The notes below the pieces were generated by a model. The model searched no databases. It saw only the letters and a list, made by a program, of their open reading frames with translations, and had not been told where the DNA came from. The position numbers and the translations under genes are program-made. Positions 1-15,300 of a DNA stretch of 64,000 bases are shown in pieces. How positions within the stretch are numbered: the stretch's first letter is position 1; every line of letters starts with the position of its first letter. Source of the DNA: Eledone cirrhosa (Eukaryota); assembly GCA_964016885.1 (NCBI GenBank), contig OZ024741.1, positions 4,526,001-4,590,000 on the forward strand, read 5' to 3'.

Positions 1-2459
1 TATAACCAATCTAAGACATCAGACTACCAATCTAAGACACTATACTACCAATCTAAGACACTATACTACCAATCTAAGACACTATACTACCAATCTAAGA
101 CACTATACTACCAATCTAAGACACGATACTACCAAGCTAAGACACCATACTACCAATCTAGGACACTATACTACCAATCTAGGACACGATACTACCAATC
201 TAAGACACCATACTACCAATCTAAGACACCATACTACCAATCTAAGACACGATACTACCAATCTAAGACACCATACTACCAATCTAAGACACCATACTAC
301 CAATCTAAGACACCATACTACCAATCTAAGACACCATACTACCAATCTAAGACACCATACTACCAATCTAAGACACCATACTACCAATCTAGGACACTGT
401 ACTACCAATCTAAGACTCCATACTACCAATCTAAGACACCATACTACCAATCTAGGACACTATACTACCAATCTAAGACTCCATACTACCAATCTAAGAC
501 ACGATACTACCAATCTAAGACACTATACTACCAATCTAAGACACCATGCTACCAATCTAAGACACCATGCTACCAATCTAAGACACTCTACTACCAATCT
601 AAGACACTATACTACCAATCTAAGACACTATACTACCAATCTAGGACACTATGCTACCAATCTAAGACACCATACTACCAATCAAAGACACTATACTACC
701 AATCTAAGACACTATACTACCAATCTAAGACACTATACTACCAATCTAAGACACTATACTACCAATCTAAGACACTATACTACCAATCTAAGACACGATA
801 CTACCAATCTAAGACACCATACTACCAATCTAAGACACTATACTACCAATCTAGGACACTATACTACCAATCTAAGACACTATACTACCAATCTAAGACA
901 CTATACTACCAATCTAAGACATGATACTACCAATCTAAGACACCATACTACCAATCAAAGACACTATACTACCAATCTAAGACACTATACTACCAATCTA
1001 GGACACTATACTACCAATCTAAGACACTATACTACCAATCTAAGACACTATAAAACCAATCTAAGACACGATACTACCACTCTAGGACACTATACTACCA
1101 ATCCAAGACACTATACTACCGATCTAAGACACCTTACTACCAATCTAAGACACCATACTACCAATCTAAGACGCTATACTACCAATCTAAGACACCATAC
1201 TACCAATCTAAGACACCATACTACCAATCTAAGACACCATACTACCAATCTAAGGCACCATACTACCAATCTAAGACACCATACTACCAATCTAAGACAC
1301 CATGCTACCAATCTAAGACACCATACTACCAATCTAAGACACCATACTACCAATCTAGGACACTATACTACCAATCTAAGACTCCATACTACCAATCTAA
1401 TACTCCATACTACCAATCTAAGACACCATGCTACCAATCTAAGACACCATGCTACCAATCTAAGACACACTACTACCAATCTAAGACACACTACTACCAA
1501 TCTAAGACACTATACTACCAATCTAAGACACCATACTACCAATCTAGGACACTATGCTACCAATCTAAGACACCATGCTACCAATCAAAGACACTATACT
1601 ACCAATCTATGACACTATACTACCAATCTAAGACACTATACTACCAATCTAAGACACTATACTACCAATCTAAGACACTATACTACCAATCTAAGACACT
1701 ATACTACCAATCTAAGACACTATACTACCAATCTAAGACACTATACTACCAATCTAAGACACGATACTACCACTCTAGGACACTATACTACCAATCCAAG
1801 ACACCATACTACCAATCTAAGACACTATACTACCAATCTAAGACACTATACTACCAATCTAGGACACTATACTACCAATCTAAGACACGATACTACCACT
1901 CTAGGACACTATACTACCAATCCAAGACACCATACTACCAATCTAAGACACTATACTACCAATCTAAGACACTATACTACCAATCTAGGACACTATACTA
2001 CCAATCTAAGACACGATACTACCAATCTAGGACACTATACTACCAATCCAAGACACCATACTACCAATCCAAGACACCATACTACCAATCTAAGACACTA
2101 TACTACCAATCTAAGACACTATACTACCAATCTAAGACACTATACTACCAATCTAAGACACCATACTACCACTCTAGGACACTATACTACCAATCCAAGA
2201 CACCATACTACCAATCCAAGACACCTTACTACCAATCTAAGACACCATACTACCAATCTAAGACACTATTCTACCAATCTAAGACACCATACTACCAATC
2301 TAAGACACTATACTACCAATCCAAGAAACCATACTACCAAGCTAAGACACCATACTACCAATCTAGGACACTATACTACCAATCTAGGACACCATACTAC
2401 CACTCTAAGACACTATACTACCAATCTAAGACACTATACTACCAATCTAAGACACTATA

Positions 2460-5400
2460 CTACCAATCTAAGACACTATACTACCAATCTAAGACACTAT
2501 ACTACCAATCTAAGACACTATACTACCAATCTAAGACACTATACTACCAATCTAAGACACTATACTACCAATCTAAGACACTATACTACCAATCCAAGAC
2601 ACCATACTACCAATCCAAGACACCATACTACCAATCTAAGACACTATACTACCAATCCAAGACACTATACTACCAATCCAAGACACCTTACTACCAATCT
2701 AAGACACTATACTACCAATCTAGGACACTATGCTACCAATCTAAGACACCATACTACCAATCAAAGACACCATACTACCAATCAAAGACACTATACTACC
2801 AATCTAAGACACTATACTACCAATCTAAGACACTATACTACCAATCTAAGACATTATACTACCAATCTAAGACACGATACTACCAATCTAAGACACCATA
2901 CTACCAATCTAAGACACTATACTACCAATCTAGGACACTATACTACCAATCTAAGACACTATACTACCAATCTAAGACATGATACTACCAATCTAAGACA
3001 CCATACTACCAATCAAAGACACTATACTACCAATCTAGGACACTATACTACCAATCTAGGACACTATACTACCAATCTAAGACACTATACTACCAATCTA
3101 AGACACTATAAAACCAATCTAAGACACGATACTACCACTCTAGGACACTATACTACCAATCCAAGACACCATACTACCGATCTAAGACACTATACTACCA
3201 ATCCAAGACACTATACTACCGATCTAAGACACCTTACTACCAATCTAAGACACCATACTACCAATCTAAGACGCTATACTACCAATCTAAGACACCATAC
3301 TACCAATCTAAGACACCATACTACCAATCTAAGACACCATACTACCAATCTAAGACACCATACTACCAATCTAAGGCACCATACTACCAATCTAAGACAC
3401 CATACTACCAATCTAAGACACCATGCTACCAATCTAAGACACCATACTACCAATCTAAGACACCATACTACCAATCTAGGACACTATACTACCAATCTAG
3501 GACACCATACTACCACTCTAAGACACTATACTACCAATCTAAGACACTATACTACCAATCTAAGACACTATACTACCAATCTAAGACACTATACTACCAA
3601 TCTAAGACACTGTACTACCAATCTAAGACACTATACTACCAATCTAAGACACTATACTACCAATCCAAGACACCATACTACCAATCCAAGACACCATACT
3701 ACCAATCTAAGACACTATACTACCAATCCAAGACACTATACTACCAATCCAAGACTCCTTACTACCAATCTAAGACACCATACTACCAATCTAAGACACT
3801 ATACTACCAATCTAAGACACCATACTACCAATCTAAGACACCATACTACCAATCTAAGACACCATACTACCAATCTAAGACACCATACTACCAATCTAAG
3901 ACACCATACTACCAATCTAAGACACCATACTACCAATCTAGGACACTGTACTACCAATCTAAGACTCCATACTACCAATCTAAGACACCATACTACCAAT
4001 CTAGGACACTATACTACCAATCTAAGACTCCATACTACCAATCTAAGACACGATACTACCAATCTAAGACACTATACTACCAATCTAAGACAACATGCTA
4101 CCAATCTAAGACACACTACTACCAATCTAAGACACTATACTACCAATTTAAGACACTATACTACCAATCTAGGACACTATGCTACCAATCTAAGACACCA
4201 TACTACCAATCAAAGACACTATACTACCAATCTAAGACACCATGCTACCAATCTAAGACACCATGCTACCAATCTAAGACACCATGCTACCAATCTAAGA
4301 CACACTACTACCAATCTAAGACACTATACTACCAATCTAAGACACTATACTACCAATCTAGGACACTATGCTACCAATCTAAGACACCATACTACCAATC
4401 TAAGACACGATACTACCAATCTAAGACACGATACTACCAATCTAAGACACCATACTACCAATCTAAGACACTATACTACCAATCTAGGACACCATACTAC
4501 CAATCTAAGACACTATACTACCAATCTAAGACATGATACTACCAATCTAAGACACCATACTACCAATCAAAGACACTATACTACCAATCTAGGACACTAT
4601 ACTACCAATCTAGGACACTATACTACCAATCTAAGACACTATACTACCAATCTAAGACACTATAAAACCAATCTAAGACACGATACTACCACTCTAGGAC
4701 ACTATACTACCAATCCAAGACACCATACTACCGATCTAAGACACTATACTACCAATCCAAGACACTATACTACCGATCTAAGACACCTTACTACCAATCT
4801 AAGACACCATACTACCAATCTAAGACGCTATACTACCAATCTAAGACACCATACTACCAATCTAAGACACCATACTACCAATCTAAGACACCATACTACC
4901 AATCTAAGACACCATACTACCAATCTAAGGCACCATACTACCAATCTAAGACACCATAATACCAATCTAAGACACCATGCTACCAATCTAAGACACCATA
5001 CTACCAATCTAAGACACCATACTACCAATCTAGGACACTATACTACCAATCTAAGACTCCATACTACCAATCTAAGACTCCATACTACCAATCTAAGACA
5101 CCATGCTACCAATCTAAGACACCATGCTACCAATCTAAGACACACTACTACCAATCTAAGACACACTACTACCAATCTAAGACACTATACTACCAATCTA
5201 AGACACCATGCTACCAATCTAAGACACTATACTACCAATCTAAGACACTATTCTACCAATCTAAGACACTATACTACCAATCTAAGACACTATACTACCA
5301 ATCTAAGACACGATACTACCAAGCTAAGACACCATACTACCAATCTAGGACACTATACTACCAATCTAAGACACTATACTACCAATCTAAGACACTATAC

Positions 5401-8280
5401 TACCAATCTAAGACACTATACTACCAATCCAAGACACCATACTACCAATCCAAGACACCATACTACCAATCTAAGACACTATACTACCAATCCAAGACAC
5501 TATACTACCAATCCAAGACACCTTACTACCAATCTAAGACACTATACTACCAATCTAGGACACTATGCTACCAATCTAAGACACCATACTACCAATCAAA
5601 GACACCATACTACCAATCAAAGACACTATACTACCAATCTAAGACACTATACTACCAATCTAAGACACTATACTACCAATCTAAGACATTATACTACCAA
5701 TCTAAGACACGATACTACCAATCTAAGACACCATACTACCAATCTAAGACACTATACTACCAATCTAGGACACTATACTACCAATCTAAGACACTATACT
5801 ACCAATCTAAGACATGATACTACCAATCTAAGACACCATACTACCAATCAAAGACACTATACTACCAATCTAGGACACTATACTACCAATCTAGGACACT
5901 ATACTACCAATCTAAGACACTATACTACCAATCTAAGACACTATAAAACCAATCTAAGACACGATACTACCACTCTAGGACACTATACTACCAATCCAAG
6001 ACACCATACTACCGATCTAAGACACTATACTACCAATCCAAGACACTATACTACCGATCTAAGACACCTTACTACCAATCTAAGACACCATACTACCAAT
6101 CTAAGACGCTATACTACCAATCTAAGACACCATACTACCAATCTAAGACACCATACTACCAATCTAAGACACCATACTACCAATCTAAGACACCATACTA
6201 CCAATCTAAGGCACCATACTACCAATCTAAGACACCATACTACCAATCTAAGACACCATGCTACCAATCTAAGACACCATACTACCAATCTAAGACACCA
6301 TACTACCAATCTAGGACACTATACTACCAATCTAGGACACCATACTACCACTCTAAGACACTATACTACCAATCTAAGACACTATACTACCAATCTAAGA
6401 CACTATACTACCAATCTAAGACACTATACTACCAATCTAAGACACTGTACTACCAATCTAAGACACTATACTACCAATCTAAGACACTATACTACCAATC
6501 CAAGACACCATACTACCAATCCAAGACACCATACTACCAATCTAAGACACTATACTACCAATCCAAGACACTATACTACCAATCCAAGACTCCTTACTAC
6601 CAATCTAAGACACCATACTACCAATCTAAGACACTATACTACCAATCTAAGACACCATACTACCAATCTAAGACACCATACTACCAATCTAAGACACCAT
6701 ACTACCAATCTAAGACACCATACTACCAATCTAAGACACCATACTACCAATCTAAGACACCATACTACCAATCTAGGACACTGTACTACCAATCTAAGAC
6801 TCCATACTACCAATCTAAGACACCATACTACCAATCTAGGACACTATACTACCAATCTAAGACTCCATACTACCAATCTAAGACACGATACTACCAATCT
6901 AAGACACTATACTACCAATCTAAGACAACATGCTACCAATCTAAGACACACTACTACCAATCTAAGACACTATACTACCAATTTAAGACACTATACTACC
7001 AATCTAGGACACTATGCTACCAATCTAAGACACCATACTACCAATCAAAGACACTATACTACCAATCTAAGACACCATGCTACCAATCTAAGACACCATG
7101 CTACCAATCTAAGACACCATGCTACCAATCTAAGACACACTACTACCAATCTAAGACACTATACTACCAATCTAAGACACTATACTACCAATCTAGGACA
7201 CTATGCTACCAATCTAAGACACCATACTACCAATCAAAGACACTATACTACCAATCTAAGACACTATACTACCAATCTAAGACACTATACTACCAATCTA
7301 AGACACTATACTACCAATCTAAGACACGATACTACCAATCTAAGACACGATACTACCAATCTAAGACACCATACTACCAATCTAAGACACTATACTACCA
7401 ATCTAGGACACCATACTACCAATCTAAGACACTATACTACCAATCTAAGACATGATACTACCAATCTAAGACACCATACTACCAATCAAAGACACTATAC
7501 TACCAATCTAGGACACTATACTACCAATCTAGGACACTATACTACCAATCTAAGACACTATACTACCAATCTAAGACACTATAAAACCAATCTAAGACAC
7601 GATACTACCACTCTAGGACACTATACTACCAATCCAAGACACCATACTACCGATCTAAGACACTATACTACCAATCCAAGACACTATACTACCGATCTAA
7701 GACACCTTACTACCAATCTAAGACACCATACTACCAATCTAAGACGCTATACTACCAATCTAAGACACCATACTACCAATCTAAGACACCATACTACCAA
7801 TCTAAGACACCATACTACCAATCTAAGACACCATACTACCAATCTAAGGCACCATACTACCAATCTAAGACACCATAATACCAATCTAAGACACCATGCT
7901 ACCAATCTAAGACACCATACTACCAATCTAAGACACCATACTACCAATCTAGGACACTATACTACCAATCTAAGACTCCATACTACCAATCTAAGACTCC
8001 ATACTACCAATCTAAGACACCATGCTACCAATCTAAGACACCATGCTACCAATCTAAGACACACTACTACCAATCTAAGACACACTACTACCAATCTAAG
8101 ACACTATACTACCAATCTAAGACACCATGCTACCAATCTAAGACACTATACTACCAATCTAAGACACTATTCTACCAATCTAAGACACTATACTACCAAT
8201 CTAAGACACTATACTACCAATCTAAGACACGATACTACCAAGCTAAGACACCATACTACCAATCTAGGACACTATACTAC
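2460..8280. repeat. Tandem duplication of a ~2.84-2.92 kb higher-order unit (135-139 monomers)
   Basis: Same variant order at offset 2835 (ORFs 3274/6109 and 3799/6634) and then 2919 (4828/7747; rare CCATAATACC at ~4954 and ~7873). The junction is near 5360. Confidence 0.8.
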
Positions 8281-11200
8281 CAATCTAGGACACTATCCTA
8301 CCAATCTAAGTCACCATATAACCAATCTAAGACATCAGACTACCAATCTAAGACACTATACTACCAATCTAAGACACTATACTACCAATCTAAGACACTA
8401 TACTACCAATCTAAGACACTATACTACCAATCTAAGACACTATACTACCAATCTAAGACACTATACTACCAATCTAAGACACTATACTACCAATCTAAGA
8501 CACGATACTACCAAGCTAAGACACCATACTACCAATCTAGGACACTATACTACCAATCTAGGACACGATACTACCAATCTAAGACACCATACTACCAATC
8601 TAAGACACCATACTACCAATCTAAGACACCATACTACCAATCTAAGACACCATACTACCAATCTAAGACACCATGCTACCAATCTAAGACACCATACTAC
8701 CAATCTAGGACACTGTACTACCAATCTAAGACTCCATACTACCAATCTAAGACACCATACTACCAATCTAGGACACTATACTACCAATCTAAGACTCCAT
8801 ACTACCAATCTAAGACACGATACTACCAATCTAAGACACTATACTACCAATCTAAGACACCATGCTACCAATCTAAGACACCATGCTACCAATCTAAGAC
8901 ACACTACTACCAATCTAAGACACTATACTACCAATCTAAGACACTATACTACCAATCTAGGACACTATGCTACCAATCTAAGACACCATACTACCAATCA
9001 AAGACACTATACTACCAATCTAAGACACTATACTACCAATCTAAGACACTATACTACCAATCTAAGACACTATACTACCAATCTAAGACACGATACTACC
9101 AATCTAAGACACTATACTACCAATCTAAGACACTATACTACCAATCTAAGACACTATACTACCAATCTAAGACACTATAAAACCAATCTAAGACACGATA
9201 CTACCACTCTAGGACACTATACTACCAATCCAAGACACCATACTACCGATCTAAGACACTATACTACCAATCCAAGACACTATACTACCGATCTAAGACA
9301 CCTTACTACCAATCTAAGACACCATACTACCAATCTAAGACGCTATACTACCAATCTAAGACACCATACTACCAATCTAAGACACCATACTACCAATCTA
9401 AGACGCTATACTACCAATCTAAGACACCATACTACCAATCTAAGACACCATACTACCAATCTAAGACACCATACTACCAATCTAAGACACCATACTACCA
9501 ATCTAAGACACCATACTACCAATCTAAGGCACCATACTACCAATCTAAGACACCATACTACCAATCTAAGACACCATGCTACCAATCTAAGACACCATAC
9601 TACCAATCTAAGACACCATACTACCAATCTAGGACACTATACTACCAATCTAAGACTCCATACTACCAATCTAAGACTCCATACTACCAATCTAAGACAC
9701 CATGCTACCAATCTAAGACACCATGCTACCAATCTAAGACACACTACTACCAATCTAAGACACACTACTACCAATCTAAGACACACTACTACCAATCTAA
9801 GACACTATACTACCAATCTAAGACACCATACTACCAATCTAGGACACTATGCTACCAATCTAAGACACCATGCTACCAATCAAAGACACTATACTACCAA
9901 TCTATGACACTATACTACCAATCTAAGACACTATACTACCAATCTAAGACACTATACTACCAATCTAAGACACTATACTACCAATCTAAGACACTATACT
10001 ACCAATCTAAGACACTATACTACCAATCTAAGACACTATACTACCAATCTAAGACACGATACTACCACTCTAGGACACTATACTACCAATCCAAGACACC
10101 ATACTACCAATCTAAGACACCATACTACCAATCTAAGACACCATACTACCAATCTAAGACACTATACTACCAATCTAAGACACTATACTACCAATCTAGG
10201 ACACTATACTACCAATCTAAGACACGATACTACCACTCTAGGACACTATACTACCAATCCAAGACACCATACTACCAATCTAAGACACCATACTACCAAT
10301 CTAAGACACTATACTACCAATCTAAGACACTATACTACCAATCTAAGACACTATACTACCAATCTAAGACACTATACTACCAATCTAAGACACGATACTA
10401 CCACTCTAGGACACTATACTACCAATCCAAGACACCATACTACCAATCCAAGACACCATACTACCAATCTAAGACACTATACTACCAATCTAAGACACTA
10501 TACTACCAATCTAAGACACTATACTACCAATCTAAGACACCATACTACCACTCTAGGACACTATACTACCAATCCAAGACACCATACTACCAATCCAAGA
10601 CACCTTACTACCAATCTAAGACACCATACTACCAATCTAAGACACTATTCTACCAATCTAAGACACCATACTACCAATCTAAGACACTATACTACCAATC
10701 CAAGACACCATACTACCAAGCTAAGACACCATACTACCAATCTAGGACACTATACTACCAATCTAGGACACCATACTACCACTCTAAGACACTATACTAC
10801 CACTCTAAGACACTATACTACCAATCTAAGACACTATACTACCAATCTAAGACACTATACTACCAATCTAAGACACTATACTACCAATCTAAGACACTAT
10901 ACTACCAATCTAAGACACTATACTACCAATCTAAGACACTATACTACCAATCCAAGACACCATACTACCAATCCAAGACACCATACTACCAATCTAAGAC
11001 ACTATACTACCAATCCAAGACACTATACTACCAATCCAAGACACCTTACTACCAATCTAAGACACCATACTACCAATCTAAACACTATACTACCAATCTA
11101 AGACACCATACTACCAATCTAAGACACCATACTACCAATCTAAGACACCATACTACCAATCTAAGACACCATACTACCAATCTAAGACACCATACTACCA

Positions 11201-12339
11201 ATCTAAGACACCATACTACCAATCTAAGACACCATACTACCAATCTAAGACACCATACTACCAATCTAGGACACTGTACTACCAATCTAAGACTCCATAC
11301 TACCAATCTAAGACACCATACTACCAATCTAGGACACTATACTACCAATCTAAGACTCCATACTACCAATCTAAGACACGATACTACCAATCTAAGACAC
11401 TATACTACCAATCTAAGACACCATGCTACCAATCTAAGACACACTACTACCAATCTAAGACACTATACTACCAATTTAAGACACTATACTACCAATCTAG
11501 GACACTATGCTACCAATCTAAGACACCATACTACCAATCAAAGACACTATACTACCAATCTAAGACACCATGCTACCAATCTAAGACACCATGCTACCAA
11601 TCTAAGACACACTACTACCAATCTAAGACACTATACTACCAATCTAAGACACTATACTACCAATCTAGGACACTATGCTACCAATCTAAGACACCATACT
11701 ACCAATCAAAGACACTATACTACCAATCTAAGACACTATACTACCAATCTAAGACACTATACTACCAATCTAAGACACTATACTACCAATCTAAGACACT
11801 ATACTACCAATCTAAGACACTATACTACCAATCTAAGACACTATACTACCAATCTAAGACACTATACTACCAATCCAAGACACCATACTACCAATACAAG
11901 ACACCATACTACCAATCTAAGACACTATACTACCAATCCAAGACACTATACTACCAATCCAAGACACCTTACTACCAATCTAAGACACCATACTACCAAT
12001 CTAAGACACTATACTACCAATCTAAGACACCATACTACCAATCTAAGACACCATACTACCAATCTAAGACACCATACTACCAATCTAAGACACCATACTA
12101 CCAATCTAAGACACCATACTACCAATCTAAGACACCATACTACCAATCTAAGACACCATACTACCAATCTAGGACACCATACTACCAATCTAAGACTCCA
12201 TACTACCAATCTAAGACACCATACTACCAATCTAGGACACTATACTACCAATCTAAGACTCCATACTACCAATCTAAGACACGATACTACCAATCTAAGA
12301 CACTATACTACCAATCTAAGACAACATGCTACCAATCTA

Positions 12340-15300
12340 AGACACACTACTACCAATCTAAGACACTATACTACCAATTTAAGACACTATACTACCAATC
12401 TAGGACACTATGCTACCAATCTAAGACACCATACTACCAATCAAAGACACTATACTACCAATCTAAGACACCATGCTACCAATCTAAGACACCATGCTAC
12501 CAATCTAAGACACACTACTACCAATCTAAGACACTATACTACCAATCTAAGACACTATACTACCAATCTAGGACACTATGCTACCAATCTAAGACACCAT
12601 ACTACCAATCAAAGACACTATACTACCAATCTAAGACACTATACTACCAATCTAAGACACTATACTACCAATCTAAGACATTATACTACCAATCTAAGAC
12701 ACGATACTACCAATATAAGACACCATACTACCAATCTAAGACACTATACTACCAATCTAGGACACTATACTACCAATCTAAGACACTATACTACCAATCT
12801 AAGACATGATACTACCAATCTAAGACACCATACTACCAATCAAAGACACTATACTACCAATCTAGGACACTATACTACCAATCTAGGACACTATACTACC
12901 AATCTAAGACACTATACTACCAATCTAAGACACTATAAAACCAATCTAAGACACGATACTACCACTCTAGGACACTATACTACCAATCCAAGACACCATA
13001 CTACCGATCTAAGACACTATACTACCAATCCAAGACACTATACTACCGATCTAAGACACCTTACTACCAATCTAAGACACCATACTACCAATCTAAGACG
13101 CTATACTACCAATCTAAGACACCATACTACCAATCTAAGACACCATACTACCAATCTAAGACACCATACTACCAATCTAAGACACCATACTACCAATCTA
13201 AGGCACCATACTACCAATCTAAGACACCATACTACCAATCTAAGACACCATGCTACCAATCTAAGACACCATACTACCAATCTAAGACACCATACTACCA
13301 ATCTAGGACACTATACTACCAATCTAGGACACCATACTACCACTCTAAGACACTATACTACCAATCTATGACACTATACTACCAATCTAAGACACTATAC
13401 TACCAATCTAAGACACTATACTACCAATCTAAGACACTATACTACCAATCTAAGACACTATACTACCAATCTAAGACACTATACTACCAATCTAAGACAC
13501 TATACTACCAATCCAAGACTCCATACTACCAATCCAAGACACCATACTACCAATCTAAGACACTATACTACCAATCCAAGACACTATACTACCAATCCAA
13601 GACTCCTTACTACCAATCTAAGACACCATACTACCAATCTAAGACACTATACTACCAATCTAAGACACCATACTACCAATCTAAGACACCATACTACCAA
13701 TCTAAGACACCATACTACCAATCTAAGACACCATACTACCAATCTAAGACACCATACTACCAATCTAAGACACCATACTACCAATCTAAGACACCATACT
13801 ACCAATCTAGGACACTGTACTACCAATCTAAGACTCCATACTACCAATCTAAGACACCATACTACCAATCTAGGACACTATACTACCAATCTAAGACTCC
13901 ATACTACCAATCTAAGACACGATACTACCAATCTAAGACACTATACTACCAATCTAAGACAACATGCTACCAATCTAAGACACACTACTACCAATCTAAG
14001 ACACTATACTACCAATTTAAGACACTATACTACCAATCTAGGACACTATGCTACCAATCTAAGACACCATACTACCAATCTAAGACACCATACTACCAAT
14101 CAAAGACACTATACTACCAATCTAAGACACCATGCTACCAATCTAAGACACCATGCTACCAATCTAAGACACACTACTACCAATCTAAGACACTATACTA
14201 CCAATCTAAGACACTATACTACCAATCTAGGACACTATGCTACCAATCTAAGACACCATACTACCAATCAAAGACACTATACTACCAATCTAAGACACTA
14301 TACTACCAATCTAAGACACTATACTACCAATCTAAGACACTATACTACCAATCTAAGACACGATACTACCAATCTAAGACACCATACTACCAATCTAAGA
14401 CACTATACTACCAATCTAGGACACTATACTACCAATCTCAGACACTATACTACCAATCTAAGACATGATACTACCAATCTAAGACACCATACTACCAATC
14501 AAAGACACTATACTACCAATCTAGGACACTATACTACCAATCTAGGACACTATACTACCAATCTAAGACACTATACTACCAATCTAAGACACTATAAAAC
14601 CAATCTAAGACACGATACTACCACTCTAGGACACTATACTACCAACCCAAGACACCATACTACCGATCTAAGACACTATACTACCAATCCAAGACACTAT
14701 ACTACCGATCTAAGACACCTTACTACCAATCTAAGACACCATACTACCAATCTAAGACGCTATACTACCAATCTAAGACACCATACTACCAATCTAAGAC
14801 ACCATACTACCAATCTAAGACACCATACTACCAATCTAAGACACCATACTACCAATCTAAGACACCATACTACCAATCTAAGACACCATACTACCAATCT
14901 AAGGCACCATACTACCAATCTAAGACACCATACTACCAATCTAAGACACCATGCTACCAATCTAAGACACCATACTACCAATCTAAGACACCATACTACC
15001 AATCTAGGACACTATACTACCAATCTAAGACTCCATACTACCAATCTAAGACTCCATACTACCAATCTAAGACACCATGCTACCAATCTAAGACACCATG
15101 CTACCAATCTAAGACACACTACTACCAATCTAAGACACACTACTACCAATCTAAGACACTATACTACCAATCTAAGACACCATGCTACCAATCTAAGACA
15201 CTATACTACCAATCTAAGACACTATTCTACCAATCTAAGACACTATACTACCAATCTAAGACACTATACTACCAATCTAAGACACGATACTACCAAGCTA

